A DNA stretch of 64,000 nucleotides, taken from an uncultured delta proteobacterium (GTDB lineage: Bacteria; Desulfobacterota; Syntrophia; Syntrophales; UBA2192). This document shows, piece after piece, positions 58,085-64,000 of this stretch (position 1 is its first letter; each line of letters opens with the position of its first letter). Under the pieces are notes generated by a model. That model did no database searches. It had not been told where the DNA came from and was given only the letters and a program-made list of their open reading frames with translations. The stretch is taken from NCBI GenBank assembly GCA_963705165.1, contig CAVPJD010000007.1, forward strand, positions 19,194 to 83,193. The letters run 5' to 3'. The translations under genes and the position numbers were made by a program.

Positions 58085-59509
58085 TTAAGCAGATACATTT
58101 TTTTCCGAAGGCGGGAAGGTTGCTGCAAAGGCGCTCCCTTCGTGGAGGCTGCTCTTCACCGTAACATCCCCCCCGTGAGCACGGGCAATAGCCCGGGCCA
58201 GGCTGAGCCCCAGGCCGGTCCCGGACTCGGAGCGGCTCCGGTCGCCCCGGTAGAAACGCTCGAAAATGTGGGGCAGCTCTGCGGCGTCAATACCGACACC
58301 CGTATCTTTGACCGTAAGGGTTGTACCCTGTCCTTCGATTTGCGAAAGCGAGACATCCACCCTGCCTCCCGCGGAGGTGTACTTGATCGCATTGTCCAGG
58401 AGATTCGAGAGCAAGCGCTGAATCATCCGGACGTCTCCTGCGATGACGCATCTCTCCGGAACCTGGCAGGACAGTGTCAATCCCCTGTCTTCGGCCGTCG
58501 TCCCGAAAAGTTCGCAGGCTTCCCGGACAAGATCCGCCAGATCGATTTTTTCGCGGGTGGGTTTCTCCACGCCCGCCTCCGTCTTCGAGATCATGAGCAT
58601 GGTGTTGATGATCTCCAGGAGACGATCGCACTCTTCGATGGCACTCGACGCCATGGATTCATATTCGGTCAGTGATTTACCCGTGGTCAGCGCGATCTCT
58701 GCCATGCCCCGGATCCGGGTGAGCGGGCTCTTCAGGTCATGGGCGATGTCGTCTCCCATCTGCCGGATCTCTGAGACCAGCGATTGGATGCGGTCCAGCA
58801 TCTGATTGAACGTCATCGCCAGTTGATCGATCTCGTCGCCGCGGTCCTTCACGGGGACCCTCTTTTCGAGGGTGCCCCCGGAGATACCCTGCGCGGTTTT
58901 GGTGATCGCTTCGACGCCCGAAACCGAACGGCGGGCCATGAACCAGCCGATCCCCGTCGCCAAGCCGATGAGCAGGGCCATCGTGACGAAAAAAACGCCC
59001 CGGAAGGCATCAATGATTCTCGTGTAGTTTTCCATGGACTGGCCAACCTGAAGGATGACGCCGGGGCCGATCATGGCGTAGAGGATGCGTACCTGGTCCC
59101 TGCGGGTCGTCAGAATGACCGTTTCGAACACCCGTCCGGCGCCGCCAAGCAGTTGCCCGATCGCCTCTTTGCGGATGGCGATATCCTCCCAGTAGGCCAT
59201 GTTGGACGAGGAGAAGGCCTGACCGGTCGGGTAGAGAAGGCGCAAAAAGACCTTTTGCTCCCCGGCCGCCTGGGCTTCAAAGATGGCGAAGTTTTCGACC
59301 GCCCCGATCCCGCGTTCTCTCAAAACAGCCGAAAACTGCCCAGCCTGATTCAACAGATCCTGATCCGTTTTTTCCTGAATGATGGAGGTGATCAGCGTGT
59401 AAAACAGGAAAAAGGCAATGAAGGAAGAGGCCGTAAAGATGCCGGCGTACCAGAGGGTCAGGCGGAAGGTGAGGCTATTCCGGAAGCGACCGGGTTTCTT
59501 TAAGGACAT
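58085..59509 (-). CDS. Membrane sensor histidine kinase (HAMP domain; CusS/BaeS-like)
   Basis: Two TM helices, HAMP, AHDLKSPL, NLLDNAIKYT, DTGVG, GTGLGL. Confidence 0.93.
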   Translation of the reverse strand: MSLKKPGRFRNSLTFRLTLWYAGIFTASSFIAFFLFYTLITSIIQEKTDQDLLNQAGQFSAVLRERGIGAVENFAIFEAQAAGEQKVFLRLLYPTGQAFSSSNMAYWEDIAIRKEAIGQLLGGAGRVFETVILTTRRDQVRILYAMIGPGVILQVGQSMENYTRIIDAFRGVFFVTMALLIGLATGIGWFMARRSVSGVEAITKTAQGISGGTLEKRVPVKDRGDEIDQLAMTFNQMLDRIQSLVSEIRQMGDDIAHDLKSPLTRIRGMAEIALTTGKSLTEYESMASSAIEECDRLLEIINTMLMISKTEAGVEKPTREKIDLADLVREACELFGTTAEDRGLTLSCQVPERCVIAGDVRMIQRLLSNLLDNAIKYTSAGGRVDVSLSQIEGQGTTLTVKDTGVGIDAAELPHIFERFYRGDRSRSESGTGLGLSLARAIARAHGGDVTVKSSLHEGSAFAATFPPSEKNVSA

Positions 59510-60164
59510 ATCCCGCTCCCCGAACGGTATGGATCAGTTTTTGAGCAGCACCTCTGTCGATCTTGTCCCGTAATCTGCTGATTCTGGCCTCTACCACATT
59601 GGTCTGGGGATCGAAATGGTAGTCCCACACGTGTTCCATGATCATCGTCTTGGAAACGATTCTTCCGGCATTGCGCATCAGGTATTCAAGGAGCGAATAC
59701 TCTCGGGGTTGCAGGTCGATGCGTTTCTCACCCCGTGTGACTTCCCGGGTGAGGAGATTGACGGACAGATCCCCGACACTCAATCGGATCGGATCGGAAA
59801 TACCGCCCGCCCTGCGGATCAGGGCCTGCACACGGGCCAGAAGTTCCGAAAAGGCAAACGGTTTCGCAAGATAATCGTCTCCCCCGGTCTCCAGTCCCTT
59901 TACCCGGTCGTCCACCGAACCCTTCGCGCTCAGGATCAAGACGGGGGTATTCACCTTTTCGGCGCGCATCTCTTTTATCAACGACAAGCCGTTCCTCCGG
60001 GGCAGCATGAGATCGATGACGGCCGCATCGTAAGGTTCCGTCAGGGCGAGGCTTAGCCCTTCCTCACCGTCCGGGGCATGATCCACGGCATACCCTGCCG
60101 ATTTCAACCCTTTAAGGATGAAAGAGGCGATCTTTACATCATCTTCGACCAGTAAGACTCTCAT
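59475..60164 (-). CDS. OmpR-family response regulator (CusR-like)
   Basis: LLVEDD, DLMLP, DDYLAKPF, LIHTVRGAGY. Confidence 0.94.
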   Translation of the reverse strand: MRVLLVEDDVKIASFILKGLKSAGYAVDHAPDGEEGLSLALTEPYDAAVIDLMLPRRNGLSLIKEMRAEKVNTPVLILSAKGSVDDRVKGLETGGDDYLAKPFAFSELLARVQALIRRAGGISDPIRLSVGDLSVNLLTREVTRGEKRIDLQPREYSLLEYLMRNAGRIVSKTMIMEHVWDYHFDPQTNVVEARISRLRDKIDRGAAQKLIHTVRGAGYVLKETRSLPE

Positions 60165-60736
60165 CAGACCCTCTATGATGGGTTGCCGTTGAAAAAGATA
60201 TCCTGCCGCAAAAGAGAGAATTTTCAACCCGCGGAAAATTACCTTATAATCTCCTCCCCGACCTGGAGATATAAGGAAGTTCTCTTTCCCGGTCAACACC
60301 TTGTACTGGATGGGGGCATACCCACTGTATTGAATGAAACAACTGGGATTTTCTTTTGCGGATCATAGGATCCATAAACGGTGACGAATAAGCGTCATTC
60401 TGTAGTGCAGTTTCAGAATGGTGCTTATGAGGTTTGTTTTCGCCGTTTGCCGCCTGGTTTCCCGTTGGTGCCACAGGATTTCAAGCATTATCGTTCAAAC
60501 TTTCGCATTGTTCTCGAAATCAGTCAATCAGCATTTTGTTACGTATAGCAGGAAGGAGCCCACACCCAGCCCTTAAACGTTCAATCAACATCCATGCGCG
60601 GATGCAAGGCGCCCTTGAAGAAATAGAAGTTAAGAAGTTATGAAGTGAGGAAGATCGGATAAGAAGGGAGCATGCGATAGGCTTTCGGTCTTTTCCTTTA
60701 AAATCCCGGAAGCCTGAAGCCCGATGCCTGAAGCCC

Positions 60737-60771
60737 GCGCATTGAAAGCTGCCGTGCAGCTTTCAATGCGC
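60737..60771. terminator. 16-bp perfect inverted repeat overlapping the polA stop codon
   Basis: GCGCATTGAAAGCTGC-cgt-GCAGCTTTCAATGCGC. Confidence 0.6.
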
Positions 60772-63443
60772 CTCGTCCCAGTTTTTTCCCGCAGCGATTT
60801 CGACTTTGAGGGGAACCCGCAGCTTCACGACCCCTTCCATCTCGCGCTTCACGAGGGCCATGAGGTCGTCCTTTTCGGCCTCGGGGAGCCTCGAAGACGA
60901 GCTCGTCGTGGACCTGCATGATCATGCGAGCCCGCGAGTGGCGCTTCTCCAGGAGGTTGTGCAGGTTGATCATGGCGATCTTGATGAGATCGGCCGCCGT
61001 GCCCTGGATGGGCGCGTTGATGGCGGTGCGCTCGGCGAACTGGCGGATGGCCGCATTGGAGCTGGCGATCTCGGGGATGTAGCGCCGGCGGTTCAGCAGC
61101 GTGCAGACATATTTGTCCCTGCGGGCGTTCTCGAGAATCTCGTCCAGGAATCTCCGGACGCCCTTGAAGCTGTCGAAGTAGTTGTCGATGTATTCCCTCG
61201 CCTCGGCCTGGCCGATCCCCAATTCCTTCGAGAGCCCGAAGGGGCTCATCCCGTAGATGACGCCGAAGTTGATGACCTTGGCCCGCCTGCGCAACTCGGA
61301 GCTGACCATCTCGGGAAAGACGCCGAAGAGGGCCGAGGCGGTGCGGGTGTGGATGTCCTCGCCCGCCTCGAAGACCTCGATCAGCGCTTCGTCGCCCGAG
61401 AGGTGGGCGAGCACGCGCAACTCGATCTGGGAGTAATCGGCCGAGACCAGCACGTACCCCTTCGGCGCGATGAAGGCCTGGCGGATGCGCCTGCCCTCGG
61501 GCGTGCGGATGGGGATGTTCTGGAGATTGGGGTTGCTGCTCGAGAGCCTCCCCGTGGCCGTCACGGTCTGGTTGTAGGAGGTGTGGATGCGCTCCGTCTG
61601 CGGGTGCACCATGGCGGGCAGGGCATCGACGTAGGTGGATTTGAGCTTCGAGATGCTCCGGTAGGCCAGGATCTCCGCGGGAAGTTCGTGCGTCTGGGCA
61701 AGTGCCATGAGGACCTCCACGTCGGTGGAATATCCATCCTTCGTCTTGCGTCCTTTCGCGAGCTTGAGCTTGTCGAACAGGATGACCTGGAGCTGCTTGG
61801 GCGAATTGATGTTGAAGCGCTCGCCTGCAAGTCCGTAGATCCGCTCCTCCGACTGGGCAAGGAGATGATCGAATTGTCCCGACATCTCCCGGAGGTGCTT
61901 GAGATCGATGAGGACGCCCTTCTGCTCCATGGCGGCCAGCACCTCCACGAGCGGCATCTCCACCTGTTCGAAAAGATCGGACAGGCCCAGCTCCCGGATC
62001 TTTTCCGTGAGGATGGGGCAGAGCCTGAGGGACGCCTCGGCGCGCTGGCCCGCGTATTCCTTCATGCGCTCGGGATCCACGTCGGCAGGCGACAGGGCTT
62101 TTGCGCCGCTGCCCAAGATCTCTTTTGCCGGGATCAGCTCGCGATCCAGGAATTCCCGGGCCGCCTCGGTGATGTCGTGGCTCTTCCTCGAGGGGTTGAG
62201 AAGGTAGGAGCCCACCATGGTGTCGCAGCCCGTCCCCCGAAGGCGGATCCCCAGCCGGGCAAGCACGATGAGAGTGCTCTTCAGGTCGTGGCCGTGTTTG
62301 AGGATCTTCTCGCTGCGAGAGAACCGGAGAAAGCTCCTTGAGGGCGTGATCGCGCCAGGGTGCGCCGCCTTCCGGGCCTTTCCCGGTTTTGAGGGGGATG
62401 TAAAAGGCTTCGCCGGGCTCCAGTGACAGGGCCATCCCCGCAAGCTCGGCGTACATGGGAAGCTCCGAGGTGAGCTCGAGGTGCAGGGCGCACTCGCCCG
62501 CCTTCTCGATACGCCGGATCAGGCCATGCAGGGCCTCTGCGGTAGTGACGATCTCGTTTCGACCGCCTGAGGCCCGGTCGCGAACCTCCAGGTCCTGGAT
62601 GAGCGACGAGAACTCCATCTCCTTGAAGATGGCCTTCAGGGCCTCGCGATCGGGGCCCTCGTAGCGGGCACTCTCCAGGGCAAGCTCGACGTCGGCGTCG
62701 GTCTTCACGACGGCAAGCTCGCGGGAGAGGCGGGCCTGGTCGGCATGCTCGGCGACGGCTTTCCGGATTCGTTCGTTTCGGATCTTCCCGACGTTCTGCA
62801 GCACCCCTTCGACGGTACCGTACTCTTTGATCAGCTGCAGTGCCGTCTTGGGGCCCACTCCGGGCACCCCGGGGATGTTGTCCGATGTGTCACCCATGAG
62901 GCCGAGCAGATCGGCCACCCGGTCGGGGCCTACGCCGAAGCGTTCCTCGACGCCGGCGGCATCGTAGGTCTTGTCCTTCATCGTGTCGATCATGACGACA
63001 CCGCCCGAGACGAGCTGCATGAGATCCTTGTCGCCCGAGACGATGACGACGTTCACGCCTTCGCCCTCGAATCTGCGGGCCAGGGTCCCGATCACGTCGT
63101 CAGCCTCGATGCCCCCGATCTCGAGGACGGGGATGCGGTAGGCCCGGACCAGGTCCTTGATCATGCCGAACTGGGGCTTCAGCTCATCGGGCATCGGCTT
63201 GCGGTGGGCCTTGTAGTCTTCGAAGGCCTCATTGCGGAACGTGGGCCCCTTGGCGTCGAAGACGACGGCGATGTGCTCGGGCTTGCGATCGCGAAGGAGC
63301 TTGGCGAGCATGTTGTTGAAGCCGAAGACGGCGTTTGTCGGGACCCCCCGCGAGTTGGTGAGCCCCTGGATGGCAAAAAAGGCCCTGTAGACGTAGTTGC
63401 TGCCGTCGATGAGATAGAGAGTCGGCTTCTTTTTTTCGGTCAT
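60763..63443 (-). CDS. polA: DNA polymerase I (apparent +1 insertions near 62316 and 60885)
   Basis: LIDGSNYVYRAFFA and EADDVIGT (5'-3' exonuclease); TGRLSSSNPNLQNIP, ADYSQIELR, AKVINFGVIYG, QVHDEL; final frame ..GKNWDEAH*. Confidence 0.96.
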
Positions 63444-63557
63444 CGGAGATTCCTTCCGGTCGGCGTGGCATGAGGGGCATCAAAGAGCCTACAGCCATCA
63501 GTCTACAGCCGACAGTAAAGATCTGCTGGCTGTTGGCTGTTGGCTGTCGGCTGGTTT

Positions 63558-64000
63558 TCACAGTTCGAAGGTGGCGTTGATCTTATACGTCCTCACCGCC
63601 GGCATGTTGAGGATGTCGGTGATTCCCGTCTTCTGCCGGATCTCGGCGAGGGCCTTCTCGAGCGCGGCCTGGTCCGGAGCGATAAAGGTAAACCAGATGT
63701 TGTACTCGTGGCTCCTTCGGTAATTGTGGGTCACACCGGGGTAGCCGTTCACGATCTCCACGAAGGACCGGATCTTCTCCCCGGGCACCCGGGCGGCGCA
63801 CAGCGTGCTCGTGTAACCGAGCGCCCGTCCGTCGAAGACCGCGCCGATCCGTCGGATGATCCCGACCTCCTTGAGGCGCTGCACCCGATCGAGAACCTCG
63901 CCGCCGGAAATCCCCAGCTCCGCACCGACAGCATCGAAGGGCTCCGGCACGATGGGAAATCGGGTCTGGAGAATGTTCAGATATTTTTTTATCGACTGCG
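63558..64000 (-). CDS. ahbA: Siroheme decarboxylase alpha subunit (AhbA/NirD, Lrp/AsnC fold), start just outside the window
   Basis: LQTRFPIVPEPF..GIIRRIGAVF..STLCAARV..PGVTHNYRRSHEYNIWFT. Confidence 0.8.
   Translation of the reverse strand, partial: QSIKKYLNILQTRFPIVPEPFDAVGAELGISGGEVLDRVQRLKEVGIIRRIGAVFDGRALGYTSTLCAARVPGEKIRSFVEIVNGYPGVTHNYRRSHEYNIWFTFIAPDQAALEKALAEIRQKTGITDILNMPAVRTYKINATFEL

Noticed and set aside
60849..62310. C-terminal roughly 490 aa of the 864-aa ORF as a novel polA fusion
   Set aside because: Out-of-frame read-through after the insertion near 62316; the polymerase domain lies in the overlapping frame

Overview
The window holds a near-complete flagellar gene cluster of about 47 kb (6,966-53,490, all on the minus strand). 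It comes from a high-GC bacterium, probably Desulfobacterota (Syntrophales-like), inferred from ahbA, the DVU0524-like gene and the sigma54 cascade. On the left is an AT-richer, plus-strand putative flagellin-glycosylation module: radical SAM/SPASM, an NAD-dependent epimerase and a 1,609-aa 4xGT2+TPR protein. On the right are a sigma28-type promoter with a DVU0524-like gene and a REC-GAF-HD-GYP gene, a DegP/two-component cassette, polA and ahbA. Main observations: (1) an alphaproteobacterial-type flagellin-flbT-flaF module, with no csrA, fliW, fliD, fliS or motAB in the window; (2) 7-, 8- and 9-mer tandem arrays at more than 20 gene junctions, often as inverted pairs with a consistent polarity; (3) a readable three-tier promoter hierarchy of FleQ-type boxes, a second 19-bp shared upstream motif, and sigma54 and sigma28 promoters; (4) an accessory block after fliA encoding a second FliL, a sensorless degenerate histidine kinase (ChpT/Spo0B-like), a SwrB-like protein, a second FliK-like protein and a stand-alone FlhB C-terminal protein; (5) a long self-complementary 5' leader before fliL. 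About ten frameshifts are all explained by single-base insertions, including in polA, so they are most likely sequencing errors. All calls come from motif recognition by eye; no database search was run.
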